Shown one piece after another: positions 21,820 to 32,619 of a DNA stretch of 64,000 bases. A model generated the notes under the pieces. It made no database searches. It was not told where the DNA came from and saw only the letters and a list, made by a program, of their open reading frames with translations. Source of the stretch: Perkinsela sp. CCAP 1560/9 (taxonomy: Eukaryota > Protista > Euglenozoa: Kinetoplastea). The stretch is taken from the NCBI GenBank assembly GCA_965644495.1, contig CBFFSA010000013.1, positions 248,001 to 312,000 on the forward strand, in the 5' to 3' direction. A program made the position numbers and the translations under genes. Numbering within the stretch: position 1 is the first letter of the stretch; each line of letters starts with the position of its first letter.

Positions 21820-22848
21820 AGGAAGCCAAAAAATGTCGCGACTTTGCCAAAACAACACGTACACAACTCTACGCAGGTCGTAGAAGCTGTTATTACTTCA
21901 TTAGCAGTTACATGTATGTTACTGAGTGCCGATTCCGATGAGGGCGCATCGCAATGGGAGTCCTCTGATAATTCTTTCGGATGACTCGACTCAGGAAAAG
22001 GAGTTGTGCGATCGAGGTACAGATTGAAATCCTACGAACGGAAAGGTTCTTTGCTCCCTGGTAGCGTGGTAGACGATCTATGTTTGACGGCGAACCGGAA
22101 GTTCAAAGATTTATATCCAGTCGAAGAGGTTGTGTTCTGGGGTATACATCACACGCAAAATATGTGTGCGCACAAGAAATAATCCCCCAAAAGTTTTTCA
22201 TGCTACCCAAGTGCACCTAGTATTGTATCACAATTTTCTTTGTTTTGTAACATTATATTCTTCTACTTTTCTATCAAGAGTTGTATTCTGAATATTTATG
22301 ATCGTTTTTTGATCATGCCACATCAGCACGTCATGCTAACGTGATTTTTTTCTGAAACAGACTTATTTCTCACTTAGAAATACGTTCAAAGCATTCTTAC
22401 TTGATCTCTTTTGCCAAATGCCCTCAGTAGATACAAGGCGAAAATACTCGTGCGGGCTACACCTAATAAATAACTTAACTATGCTGCTATTTATTTGGTC
22501 TCCGAAAAGAGTATTAAGATCAACACTGCGAAAATTGGTCTCCACAACTTTACTCTAGACTAGACTGGTTATAGAAAATTACAAAAATTACCACTCCTAA
22601 TGAGAGTGTGCACTGGGGAAGTATGGTCGAGACCTCCTAGTGGTCTTCCCTGGCACTGCTATCTTACCGATAGTACAGATTCAGAAATGTATTCTAACAA
22701 GAAGCCCTACCTAGCTTCTTCCCCTGAGCTTGAATATTATGAGTTGCAGACGGATCAGGAATTTCAACAACTCTGTTTTGCAAACAACAGTACATGCTAA
22801 TGTTATGGTGTGACTAATTGTACTATTGATAGCTAAAAGTCTAGGCTG

Positions 22849-25740
22849 TTAACTTTCGTTGCTTAATTGTTTTGACAAGTCGGAAAGGGTTCGCGTAGCC
22901 TCTTCTTGTAAATCATTTACTTTCACTAGAATGCGGAAGAGTGTACATTCATGTGTATTTCGTCCTGAAGCATCTCTTCCTCTTTGCCAACATGCACCCA
23001 CCAAGGTCCGTATGAGAGCGGAGATGTACCTTCTCTTCCTTGAGGATGCCTCCGTGCTACGGAATAACAGAACAGTTGTACTGTTCAACCGGGCTCGGCG
23101 ATTTGCTCGTTTGTGTTCGACAGCTCCTTCAGCCGAATCATCTACAGGGGAGGGCACCGTCTTCGTGGGGAAGGTAATTGGTATCGCTTGATCAAGCAGA
23201 GACTGAAGCTGTTCTGCTCGAATGCTAGGGTGTCGCAAAATTTCTGTGTAGTGCAAAAGAAAAAATCCACAATCCGCAGACCAAAGAGGCTGTTGAGGAA
23301 GGGCAAGCTCACTAACTGGCACAACTTCTGTACACCGTAGACTGCGATACATCGCAATTAGCTCCGTGGGGGAAAGTACAGAGGAATCTTTTAGTGCAAT
23401 GCAAAGTTCCACATGCCACCTTGTGACCATAAACCAAAATAGATGAATGAGTATTCTCTGATAAATTTCCTCGTCGCCATGTCGTATCAAGCTGTTCGCA
23501 AAGATGACCTTAGTTTGCAAATAGTTACCCATTTGAAGAGTATCGGTGTTGATGCCAAAAGCAGTCGTACTCTCATTCAGTACAGGATTCTCCGGCTCGA
23601 ACTCAATCTGAGGAATTCGGGTTGAGATTGGTGAATCAGATGGTGATGAATCAGAACATTTTGTTCTCTCTGCTTCGTCAGTACGAAGAGTTGCGTCCGT
23701 TGTAGAAGCCATCACTCGTTCAGTTGCTCTGGATTGTCTTGGAGAACTATCATCAACATCAATGTGCCCATCGTTCTTTTCATTGACACGGGCGTCATTA
23801 CTTTTTGGTAAGCCCATATTTGTATAAAGTTTAGTAGAGGAGATTTTAGGTTTTTGACAAGAAGGCACAAAAATATCTTCGTCAACACTGTTAAAATCCG
23901 ACACTTTGGGAACAGTACGCTCCGCTTTGGTTTTCTCCATGCTTGTCAGGCGAATATCATATATGCGCTGCATAGCCGCATTTCGATCTGTTTTACTTAA
24001 TGGTGATCCTCCCTTCGCTTGAATGCGCTGAGAGGCATGAGCTGGAGTGACGCGTGAAAGCGCCGCGGCAGGATTTTGTATCAAGACCAAAAACCAGTGC
24101 TCCTCGTGACAAACTGGCACAAACCATAGATCATCTAGGAAGATACAAGACTCCAGTTCACATCGCAATATTGGCGCACGATCTAGGCTAAACCGAACAC
24201 TTCTCCCCCAACGACCACCCGGGTCCTCCGCACATGGGAGCTGAGCGGCGCCTCTCAAGGCATTATAAAACTGTGCGTGAAAGGTACGTACCCTGGGATT
24301 GGGCATTACCTGCGACAGGAAACGGAGATAAAAATCAAGCAAGGTGTCATTCGCGTACGCACTGCTATGTCGCAAGATATCAAGTTCCTTACCCGTAATT
24401 CGAATCGGACCATACCGAAAAAGGACATGATCAACATTGTACATGGCAGCGACGTCTCGTGCACTCAGTGTTGAATCACTTGCAAAGGAAAAGGAAGGAC
24501 ACCCTCGAAGGAGTTGCTCGGCGCACGTCGGCTGCTTGCTTTGTTCAGGAACGGCCACGTTCTCCTTCTCCGGCTTTTTTTTAGAAGATTCAGCATTCGG
24601 CTTGCTTTTCTTTTTGTCCGCATTCTCGCTTTTCTTTTTGCTCGTACTCTCGCTTTTCTTTTTGTTCGTATTCGCGTTTTTCATTTTGTTTGAATTCTCG
24701 CTTTTCTTTTTGTTTGAATTTTCGCACTTCTTTTTCTGATTTGACTTTTTGGATTTTTTCGGTGGGGTGCTCTCACAGGAAGAAGTCTCATAATGTGACT
24801 CGGATTCGGAACTTGAAGAATCCTCCTCCGATGGGGTGTCGGTCGTCTCGTCATCTGATGTTTCCGATTTGGGCTTTCTCTGTTGACTACGTTTCGAAAC
24901 TGAAATCGTGGGTTCTTTTTTGTCACGGATCTGCGTTCCTTTCACGTTCTTCTGAGATTTTGATTTTGATTTTTCTTCGCTAGGCTTCTTTGGGACGTTT
25001 CTCTTTCTGTTCGCGACAGCTTCTGTGGTTTTTCCTTTCTTCACTTTTGCTGTGCTTTTCTTTTCTTTCCTATTCACTGTCTGCTTCGGTGAAACTATTT
25101 CATTGGACGAGTTCGAATCTTCCTGATCAACGTCTTGGCTTGTATCCCTTGAGCTACACGCTACTTCTGCTATCTGGGGAATCTCAGGCGTTGTATTCTT
25201 TTTTGTATCTTCGTCACATAAATCAACCCTTTTCTGAAAACACCACAAAGCAGTGTCTGTAGCTGACTGTCTGTAAGTTGACCGGTCGAGAAAGGTTCGA
25301 AAGGAGGCGTCGGGAATTTGAGTACAGTTTTTCTCATTGGTCTCGTTCGCTAATTGTCCGTTGGAAGAATTCCTGGATCGAAAGGAAAATTCAAGGGGCC
25401 TTACATTGGCAAGCGGTTTTGGTGCTTTTTTGGGTGCGTATTTCTTGAAATTCGGTTTCGCTTGATTTTGCTTTGCGTAATCAGAAATTTGTGAGCCGCC
25501 CATTCTCAACATTGGAAAAATTCCTTTCTTCTTGGGTTCAATCCCCACATTATCACTCAATGATTGCGCACCTGATTCAAAACTCAGTACTTCTTTAAGC
25601 GTTTCACTAGATGGGCGTGGTACAGTATTTTCATGAGAATCGTTCTCTCGTTGTTCGCTCGCATATGGTTTGTGTGGTGACATTGCCCAGAACCCTTCCA
25701 TACTTTTCTCAAGAGTGGTAGACGACTTCCTCTCCATCAT
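22849..25740 (-). CDS. Ulp1/SENP-family (C48) SUMO protease with long low-complexity N-terminus
   Basis: ITGKELDIL...YANDTLLDFYL, FHAQFY, WFVPVCHEEHWFLVLI, PQQPLWSADCGFFLLHY. Confidence 0.85.
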   Translation of the reverse strand: MMERKSSTTLEKSMEGFWAMSPHKPYASEQRENDSHENTVPRPSSETLKEVLSFESGAQSLSDNVGIEPKKKGIFPMLRMGGSQISDYAKQNQAKPNFKKYAPKKAPKPLANVRPLEFSFRSRNSSNGQLANETNEKNCTQIPDASFRTFLDRSTYRQSATDTALWCFQKRVDLCDEDTKKNTTPEIPQIAEVACSSRDTSQDVDQEDSNSSNEIVSPKQTVNRKEKKSTAKVKKGKTTEAVANRKRNVPKKPSEEKSKSKSQKNVKGTQIRDKKEPTISVSKRSQQRKPKSETSDDETTDTPSEEDSSSSESESHYETSSCESTPPKKSKKSNQKKKCENSNKKKSENSNKMKNANTNKKKSESTSKKKSENADKKKSKPNAESSKKKPEKENVAVPEQSKQPTCAEQLLRGCPSFSFASDSTLSARDVAAMYNVDHVLFRYGPIRITGKELDILRHSSAYANDTLLDFYLRFLSQVMPNPRVRTFHAQFYNALRGAAQLPCAEDPGGRWGRSVRFSLDRAPILRCELESCIFLDDLWFVPVCHEEHWFLVLIQNPAAALSRVTPAHASQRIQAKGGSPLSKTDRNAAMQRIYDIRLTSMEKTKAERTVPKVSDFNSVDEDIFVPSCQKPKISSTKLYTNMGLPKSNDARVNEKNDGHIDVDDSSPRQSRATERVMASTTDATLRTDEAERTKCSDSSPSDSPISTRIPQIEFEPENPVLNESTTAFGINTDTLQMGNYLQTKVIFANSLIRHGDEEIYQRILIHLFWFMVTRWHVELCIALKDSSVLSPTELIAMYRSLRCTEVVPVSELALPQQPLWSADCGFFLLHYTEILRHPSIRAEQLQSLLDQAIPITFPTKTVPSPVDDSAEGAVEHKRANRRARLNSTTVLLFRSTEASSRKRRYISALIRTLVGACWQRGRDASGRNTHECTLFRILVKVNDLQEEATRTLSDLSKQLSNES
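24600..24745 (-). repeat. ~24-bp coding minisatellite (N-K-K-K-S-E-N/S octapeptide, about 6 copies) inside the Ulp1-like gene
   Basis: NQKKKCEN SNKKKSEN SNKMKNAN TNKKKSES TSKKKSEN ADKKKSKP. Confidence 0.7.
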
Positions 25741-26040
25741 GCTGAGGATACTGACTCATAAGATAGTATTTAATTAGGATAAGTTAATCCCTTCTTGAAT
25801 CATAAATACAGAACAAATTTACATTCTAGCATTGCAAATCGCTTACAAAAATTAAAATATAATTCACCCTCTCTAGTTGAGTGCAAAGTTATGCCTCACT
25901 ACATATTTTTAGACTTCAAATCCTTACTCTGTACGGAATTTGTATCGTGACAGAAATCTTACCTTTACTTTTCGTTTCTTTGCTTTACATGGTTTCACTG
26001 TTCTTCTCTCTCTCTCACTCTTGCGGAGGGGTCAGGGAGT

Positions 26041-26310
26041 CTAATTCGCTTTCGACTCACGTAGTAGACCATCCTTGAGGGCGAGTCGGTTTAAGGCCTG
26101 ATCCCCTTCTCCCCTCTTGCGTAACGAACCGGAAAGGACATAGGTTTTGTAGTTGCCGGTGTAGACCCCATTTGAATCGGTCATACCCACATTGATTTGT
26201 ACGGCGGCGTGATCCTGTGAGTGAATGATGCGTCCGGTGCTGGAGCATTTCCGCGGGATGTATAAATCCACATTACGTCCTTCGTCGTTAATGCAACCAA
26301 CTTGTGTCAT
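26041..26310 (-). CDS. RPS21: 40S ribosomal protein S21 (eS21)
   Basis: NDEGRNVDLYIPRKCSSTGRII...DHAAVQINVG; start at ATG 26310. Confidence 0.96.
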   Translation of the reverse strand: MTQVGCINDEGRNVDLYIPRKCSSTGRIIHSQDHAAVQINVGMTDSNGVYTGNYKTYVLSGSLRKRGEGDQALNRLALKDGLLRESKAN

Positions 26311-26561
26311 TATGAAATTCAATACTTTGAAGAAATAGAAGTTGGCGTAGGATCAAGGAAACAAACAGAATAACACATGGAAAATATTTCTCGCAAAAGC
26401 AACAATGAACAAATGATTTGATGACAGCCAACGATATCTTCCTTGAACCACATAATAAAATGATACATGCCCGCACTTCAATTTTTAATATGGACTTCAT
26501 TACTGTACCCAACAAAAAACACACTCACTCCACCTTTTACCCCACCCCCATATTACCTCTT

Positions 26562-27395
26562 TCACGAATGTAAATCAATAATCGCCTCCTGTAACCCCCC
26601 CTCCAACAACCCCTCCCCCGTACCCTTCTTCACCCCCTCCCCCGCCTTCTCATCCTCCCGGTGCGTCGCGCCCTGCCCCACCCCAAGCCCCCCCTTCCGC
26701 ACCCTCTCCCCCCTTTTCCTCTCCAGCTTCAACACCCGCTCCAGCACACTCATCTCACTCGCGGTGGTATCCAACCCCACGAACGCGGTCCAGTCATTAC
26801 TGATCACCCCACACCCCACCTGCGGGTTCCCCCGGTTCACCGTCCCCGCCACCACCGGCAGCTGCAGCAGCGTACTCAGCTCCTCCATATCCGCTTTTGT
26901 CGTCTTCGGGGCCACCATGCACCCGTGGTTACTGAGCAGCGCGTAGCTCCCCACCAGGGCGTTCTCCCCGACACTGGTGCGGAAGGTCTCGACCTTGAGC
27001 ACGTCCCGCACCAGGTGCTCCGTCTCGGCATCGAGATCGGTGTGGAGCAGCGCGACGTGGTCGTTGCAGGCGATGCAGTTCCCCAGGGCGCTGTAGCGCT
27101 CCTCGATGCGCTGGATGGCGACCGCGGCGGGGAGCGCGTTTCGTAGGTGCTGGAGCTCCTGGTCGGTGGTGATGGAGGGGAGGAGGAGACCGTGGCGGTT
27201 GCCCGCGGTGAGACGCCCAATGACGCGGGTTCCCCCGATGGAGGTGTAGACCACGGGGATGTGACGGGCGAGCTCGGTCTCGAAGACGCTGTAGAAGTTT
27301 TGGGCGGAGCCCATGGCGACGAGACAGTAGGCGTTGGTGAGACGGGAGAAGACCCCGATGTCGTTGGAGGACTCGAAACGGGTGCGGAGGGCCAT
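26562..27395 (-). CDS. EIF6: Eukaryotic translation initiation factor 6
   Basis: [48 protein letters not shown]. Confidence 0.97.
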   Translation of the reverse strand: MALRTRFESSNDIGVFSRLTNAYCLVAMGSAQNFYSVFETELARHIPVVYTSIGGTRVIGRLTAGNRHGLLLPSITTDQELQHLRNALPAAVAIQRIEERYSALGNCIACNDHVALLHTDLDAETEHLVRDVLKVETFRTSVGENALVGSYALLSNHGCMVAPKTTKADMEELSTLLQLPVVAGTVNRGNPQVGCGVISNDWTAFVGLDTTASEMSVLERVLKLERKRGERVRKGGLGVGQGATHREDEKAGEGVKKGTGEGLLEGGLQEAIIDLHS

Positions 27396-27641
27396 GGGGG
27401 AGGGAGCGAGGGGAGGGGAGTAGAGAGATTGAGATTGAGATAAGGAAAATAGGATAAGCGGTATTGATCTTTTGTTGCTTCTTTGAAATGAATAAAATGG
27501 TGTGAAATAGTTTCAGACAAACAAGCAGTGGAAACAAGTGGTGGTTATGCAGAAGTGGTAAACGAAAATTCGCCTAGGGAAGGGCAGAGCACGAAGAGTG
27601 AGACGATTTATCCTAGATAGCAGTTTGGAACAGAAGCCATG

Positions 27642-28082
27642 CTACTCATCTTCTCTCAGGCTTTCTCGAAACTTTTCTGCCTCCATAAAGCGCCGCTGCA
27701 TCGTTCGATTCCTCATTGCGTTGACCTCGTACATGGGCCACAGCATCTCTGTCAATGTCCAGTAGACGAATCCAAGCCCAATGAGTGTTGCACCGAAGCG
27801 AAAAGGACGAATATCGGCCATTTTCTTCTGTAAACGTTCCCGAGACCCAAACCTCTGAGTTGCATTTTTTGCCATTTCTTTAAAAGCACGAACGCCTCTT
27901 GTGGATGATTTTACTGTAAGCGGCTTTGACGGAGTAATACGGCTTTTATAGGAAACCGATGCCTTCAGTTTCTTTAGATTTTGCTCATATTCCTCCTTAG
28001 ACATGCCGAGAGATTTCGCGATTTTTGCACTGTCCAATCTGTCGCCCATCATTTCGGGAGGAGTGGAATGTGCCCCGTCCAT
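27642..28082 (-). CDS. Hypothetical small single-pass membrane protein
   Basis: 146-aa ATG ORF on the cluster strand with one hydrophobic segment (FGATLIGLGFVYWTL). Confidence 0.55.
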   Translation of the reverse strand: MDGAHSTPPEMMGDRLDSAKIAKSLGMSKEEYEQNLKKLKASVSYKSRITPSKPLTVKSSTRGVRAFKEMAKNATQRFGSRERLQKKMADIRPFRFGATLIGLGFVYWTLTEMLWPMYEVNAMRNRTMQRRFMEAEKFRESLREDE

Positions 28083-28284
28083 CTTGTCGCGTCAAGAACA
28101 CTCAATTCATCTGAATAAGTACTAAGGAAAAATTCGTTTGATTCGAAATCGTAACTCAAGTGCTAAAAATAGGGGATTCTTTCATCATAACATTTCAAGT
28201 ACTCCCTACGTCTCACCACCATTTTTCTTATCAAAAGAAGGACAGTCTTATCATCTTTTGAGAACGTAAAGAAAGGTAAGGGGG

Positions 28285-30363
28285 CTACGTATCATACCTT
28301 GCAGAATCAATCCGTGAAGAGTGTTGCCTGGCGGAGTGCTGTCGGCGGTGTACCAGCTCGTTGTGTCGCATTCCCTCCAGCACATTCAGCCCTACGTCAT
28401 AGGCTGTCACACTGGCAGGTAACGACCGGGCGGTGTCCATCGAGCACAGGTCCTCCTCCGCCTCCCGTTCCGCTGAGAGGGAGGGGGAGGGAATGCCAGC
28501 ACGGAGCTGTAGCCTGGCGTGACTAAGACGGGGAATCTCAACGGTATGAGATCCACGACGCATCGGCTCAGGTACCGGGCTGGGCTCCGTGGGCTCACCC
28601 AACCCCGACCGCGGGAGAGAGGAGGGCAACCGAAGCGCTTCCTCCACCTCCGGCACCTGCGGGGGCTGGGTGAGATATCTCCTGCGAGCGACATAGGCCG
28701 CGTAGATCATAGAGAACAGCGCGAGTCCACTCCATGACATCACCGCGCGAAATCCCCAGCGCAGTCCCATACTCTGGGCCAGCGTACCGCACAGAAACGG
28801 ACCTAAGAAATACCCAAACAACGAGAAGGTCATGGCGGCAAGAGAACTCGCGACATTTCGGTGTTCCTTTGCGACACCCACCATCAGCAGCCCTGTGGCC
28901 GAGGGCACAATCGCGCCCCCAAAGAACAGCAAACACCAGGCAAGAATCATGTAGGGCCAGAACTTTGTAACGGTCAGTGAGGCGAGAGCACAGCCCACGG
29001 CAACGGTTCCACAAGCGGTGCCCATGTAGGCTGCACGGTGCGGGTGTTCCTGGTACCCCCCGATACGGTCCAGTACCACCCCGCCGAGGACTACCCCCAG
29101 CACAGGACCCGTGGCACTGGTGAGACCAAAAGCAGCAACAATTTTATTTAAATCCGCCGCGATTGGGGGAAGGCGCAGGTACGCCGTGACCCAGAGCTGC
29201 AGCGCGGTGACCACAAAGTACAGCGAGCACAGCGCAAACACGGTGGAGGTGTACAGCGGGTTGGAGACCAGCTCCTTGAAGACACGCCAAGTGAGCCCGG
29301 AGCTGGTTTTGGAGGGCTTACCGTCGACTCGGGAGGCATCGTGGGAACGTCCTTGTAGCGCCTCTCCCCGAACGACGTAAAAGATGGTGACAATCGGGAC
29401 CAACAGGATGGACTTAATAAAGAACGTCACTCTCCAGGACACCCCGCTGTTGGCCGCAATCAGTCCCGCAATCAGATACCCGAGCATAATACCGATCGGT
29501 ACCCCAGCCTGGGCGAGTGCCATCCACGTGGTCTTATGTTTCCTCGGGGAAAACTCATCCACCCACACCGGGGTGTACACCACCACCAGGGATTGCGTAA
29601 ACCCCAGAAAGAAACGTGCCGCGATCGCAAGTCCAATACGCGGGCTGGTCGCGAACACCACCGAGAGCAGCATATGAACCGTCAGGGCGCGTGAGATCAC
29701 CGCTTTCGCGCTAAACTTCCGAAACAGGTACCCGCAGAACGACCCCCCGGCGGTATTCCCGAGGTACGAAATCGAGGCCAGCACCCCGTCCAGCGCCCCC
29801 GAGGAGTGGAAGTCCTGCGACATCGGTCCCCCAATCACCGCGGCAATCGCACCGTTGTCAATGTTGGTACTGGCCTGGGTGATCACAAAGAGAAGGAAGA
29901 CATAGAGCTTGTAGTTACGGGAGAGTAACCCGCGGGGAGGAGGGTGGGTTGTGGGGTCACGCGTGCCCTCCGCGCCCTCGGGTTCCGAGGAAGAGGAGGA
30001 ACGGGGTGAGTCCCCGCGCATGGACCGCGGGGTGAGACTCATGGTCTGGAGGGACAAAAGGTCGAGGCCATGGGGGCCTGGGCTGTGCGGGGGTGGAGAA
30101 AAAGATCCGAAGGGGGGCTCCATGGGGGTGAAGGGGTCGGTTCCTGTGTGGGGTGCGGTCCTTAGGGGGTCCGGGTCGTGGGGAAAAGAGTCACTGGAGA
30201 GGTTGCGACCCAGGATATCGGTATCGTAGCACGCGTCGTTGTCCGATAACATGGGGGAACTGTTGCGCGAACGTGTCTCGGGTTCCTGTGATGTTGCTTT
30301 CATCGCAACCTCATGTAGTCGTAAAGGCTGCTTTTCACTCCGGGAATCTTCATTGTCGCCCAT
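28285..30363 (-). CDS. MFS transporter, Spinster-like
   Basis: NIDNGAIAAV, ARFFLGFTQSLVVVYTPVWVDEFSP, GVPIGIMLGY, ~12 hydrophobic segments. Confidence 0.88.
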   Translation of the reverse strand: MGDNEDSRSEKQPLRLHEVAMKATSQEPETRSRNSSPMLSDNDACYDTDILGRNLSSDSFPHDPDPLRTAPHTGTDPFTPMEPPFGSFSPPPHSPGPHGLDLLSLQTMSLTPRSMRGDSPRSSSSSEPEGAEGTRDPTTHPPPRGLLSRNYKLYVFLLFVITQASTNIDNGAIAAVIGGPMSQDFHSSGALDGVLASISYLGNTAGGSFCGYLFRKFSAKAVISRALTVHMLLSVVFATSPRIGLAIAARFFLGFTQSLVVVYTPVWVDEFSPRKHKTTWMALAQAGVPIGIMLGYLIAGLIAANSGVSWRVTFFIKSILLVPIVTIFYVVRGEALQGRSHDASRVDGKPSKTSSGLTWRVFKELVSNPLYTSTVFALCSLYFVVTALQLWVTAYLRLPPIAADLNKIVAAFGLTSATGPVLGVVLGGVVLDRIGGYQEHPHRAAYMGTACGTVAVGCALASLTVTKFWPYMILAWCLLFFGGAIVPSATGLLMVGVAKEHRNVASSLAAMTFSLFGYFLGPFLCGTLAQSMGLRWGFRAVMSWSGLALFSMIYAAYVARRRYLTQPPQVPEVEEALRLPSSLPRSGLGEPTEPSPVPEPMRRGSHTVEIPRLSHARLQLRAGIPSPSLSAEREAEEDLCSMDTARSLPASVTAYDVGLNVLEGMRHNELVHRRQHSARQHSSRIDSARYDT

Positions 30364-30492
30364 GTCAAAAGACCAAAGTGTAATAAAGGTACAGATCTTC
30401 TACAAACATACATGTATTTTGCCAACAAACTAAATTATGTGGAAATGTATCTTGCCTAACATTAGACTATTCTAAGAGTAAAAGGTTACATT

Positions 30493-31796
30493 GGGTAATG
30501 CCTACTTATATTGCACCCACTTTTCAAATTTTGTGTACCTTTTTTTTCTTATGGTTACTTACTCTCCAGTTGCCTAGAAATATTTGTAAGATAAATTTTC
30601 AAAAATGTGTACCTGCGCAGACCTTCGATGAATTCTTCGGTGGAAGAACGATGCAGATCTACCCGCGTGCTTCGCTTCATTTTTGAAAGCTCATAGCGTT
30701 GTGAAAAATGAGCTCTGTACTACGCACGGTACGCCAGGAACTCCCCACAAAAAAAATTATTCATTGTGCATCTGTTGGCGACGCAAGGGCAATAATAAGT
30801 GTCGAAAGCGTCTCTCGACATTGTCACCTTTTTTTTCAGCCAAACAAAAAAAACCCGAATCAAAGTTCCTTTTTTGGGTGAAACTGTGCCAGAGAGTTGA
30901 AATGGACAGCATAGCCTCCCAATGTTGCGTAACTCGAAATACAGTTTTTAAATGGAAACGCGAGCTACTGGATTGGATTTCGAAAGCGGTGGCAAAGCGC
31001 AACGAGGAAATAAAATTTCATAAATGCGCAGCAGACGAAACTCTCACCTTTTCAAGCACTCTTTTCAAGGCTCTCACCACAAGCAGACGAAACTTTCTCT
31101 TCCCAAGAAAATATCATCAAGGTAGCGCGAATCGTAAAAAAACAATATGCATGGCCACCATCACGGGTATCGAGAGAGACGGGAGCTGTGGAAGAACTAT
31201 ATGGAAGCGTGTGGAAAAGCGAGATGCCTCCACGCTACAGAATCTGATAAGGAAGTATACGGTAGACAGCTACCGGTCCATCGTAAATACAGACGGATTG
31301 CGTGGCTACCGAGGACTAAGCGAAGTACGAGAGCACCGAACTGTGAACCACCGAAAAAAGGGTAAATACCGCTTCGTCACCGAAAATGGCGTACATACCA
31401 ACAAAGCAGAATCTTGCCATTCGTCGGTCAAGCGCGCGATACGAAGGCAAGGAAGACTTTCTATGAACCCAGAAAAAGCTGAAAAGGTAGTATCACTCTA
31501 TACTTTATTTTTTAAGAAAACAACATGGCAACAACGTCTCTCCTCGTCGCCTTGAAGTCAATAAAGAATGAAGTAGAACTCGAAGGTATTGAGGAAACCG
31601 AAGGGTCTGGTGTTGAAACTCCATCGGATGCAACCGAAGACGATCTGACTTTGAGTATGCTGCAACACTTTTTGATGTAAAGTAAGCGGAAAGAGCAAAT
31701 GAGGTAAAGTGAGCAAAGTTACGCTGCACAAGAAAAAATTTCAGTACCTTCGTATTATTATTTTGAAAGTGGGTGCAATATAAGTGGTCTGTACCC
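30493..31796 (+). mobile_element. Merlin (IS1595/ISXO2-related) DNA transposon, 1304 bp
   Basis: Imperfect ~35-bp TIRs (GGGTAATGCCTACTTATATTGCACCCACTTTTCAAA; right end reverse-complemented GGGTACAGACCACTTATATTGCACCCACTTTCAAAA); exact 8-bp TSD GTTACATT at 30485-30492 and 31797-31804. Confidence 0.93.
30605..31555 (+). pseudogene. Merlin transposase (Zn-ribbon, HTH, DDE), with in-frame TGA at 30629-30631
   Basis: AADET, RKYHQG, TDGLRGYRGL, HRTVNH, GVHTNKAES are ISXO2/Merlin motifs; ATG 30605 is in frame with the ORF but is followed by a stop at codon 9. Confidence 0.8.
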
Positions 31797-31914
31797 GTTA
31801 CATTTAATACATACTTTCCAGTCTAAGTTAGCCACTTAAACAATGAGCGCGTAAATCTTATGTAATAATCTTATGTACATGAGATGTTAAAAATCGAGGA
31901 CAGGTGGAATTTGA

Positions 31915-32400
31915 CTAACGGTATTCTTTTGACTCATTCGCTATCGTATGGTTTTCTACTCGTAAAGCAACTTGATCAAAATTAGAAACATCTTCAAAGG
32001 AAACCCAAATAGAGTTAGGATACCCGAAGTCACGAAGCGCCTGCACAGCATTGTGACCTCTGTAAGATGAAGCAATGACAACAAGTGCGGCTTTTGTGTC
32101 TAGAGGAAGAATTGGACGAATAGCTCCTGAAATAATGTCGTGGTAATTCATTGGGACGGCGCGTTGCAGACCTTGATATGCTATGGAAGCTCGTTCTCGT
32201 AGATCAAAGAAAGGTACACGACTGCGGTACATTTCACGAAGACGCTCGCTTGCATCGGCAATAGGTACCAGAGAAGTTTGTGATTTAATGTGACCTTTCC
32301 CTTCCCCCCGGACATTTCCATACGTGTTCCGTAAATTTTGAAACCCTTCGTGTTTGTTAGGATTAAACGTCCAGATTACATCACCTACGCGTCGCTTCAT
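31915..32400 (-). CDS. Rhodanese-like domain protein (first gene of the minus-strand cluster)
   Basis: PFFDLRE...GLQRAVPMNY..I......LPLDTKAALVVIA...A..ALRDFGYPN rhodanese-like pattern, no catalytic Cys; start uncertain. Confidence 0.55.
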   Translation of the reverse strand: MKRRVGDVIWTFNPNKHEGFQNLRNTYGNVRGEGKGHIKSQTSLVPIADASERLREMYRSRVPFFDLRERASIAYQGLQRAVPMNYHDIISGAIRPILPLDTKAALVVIASSYRGHNAVQALRDFGYPNSIWVSFEDVSNFDQVALRVENHTIANESKEYR

Positions 32401-32488
32401 GAGTAAAGTACAATCAGATGCGAATTCATCCAAACTTCTATAATTAGAATTTCGATGATTAAAAAAGAACGTATAACTAATTGCAGTT

Positions 32489-32599
32489 GAAAAAAGATAT
32501 TTTATTTATAAAAGGATTTTCTATAGACGCAAATATGCAAAATTTCCTGTTGGAGTTTCTTGAATCACAATTATTCTGAAATATTTAAGAAACTACGAC
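32489..32599 (+). repeat. Truncated first unit of the 280-bp satellite, left of the retroelement
   Basis: AAAAAGATATTTTATTTATAAAAGG...GAAACTACGAC matches the array unit with one substitution. Confidence 0.95.
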
Positions 32600-32619
32600 A
32601 TTAATTTCCCGCCATCTCA

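Noticed and set aside
20750-22600. TIR pair delimiting the pogo-like relic (GGTAAT ... ATTACC)
   Set aside because: Only 6 bp are complementary and there is no matching TSD.
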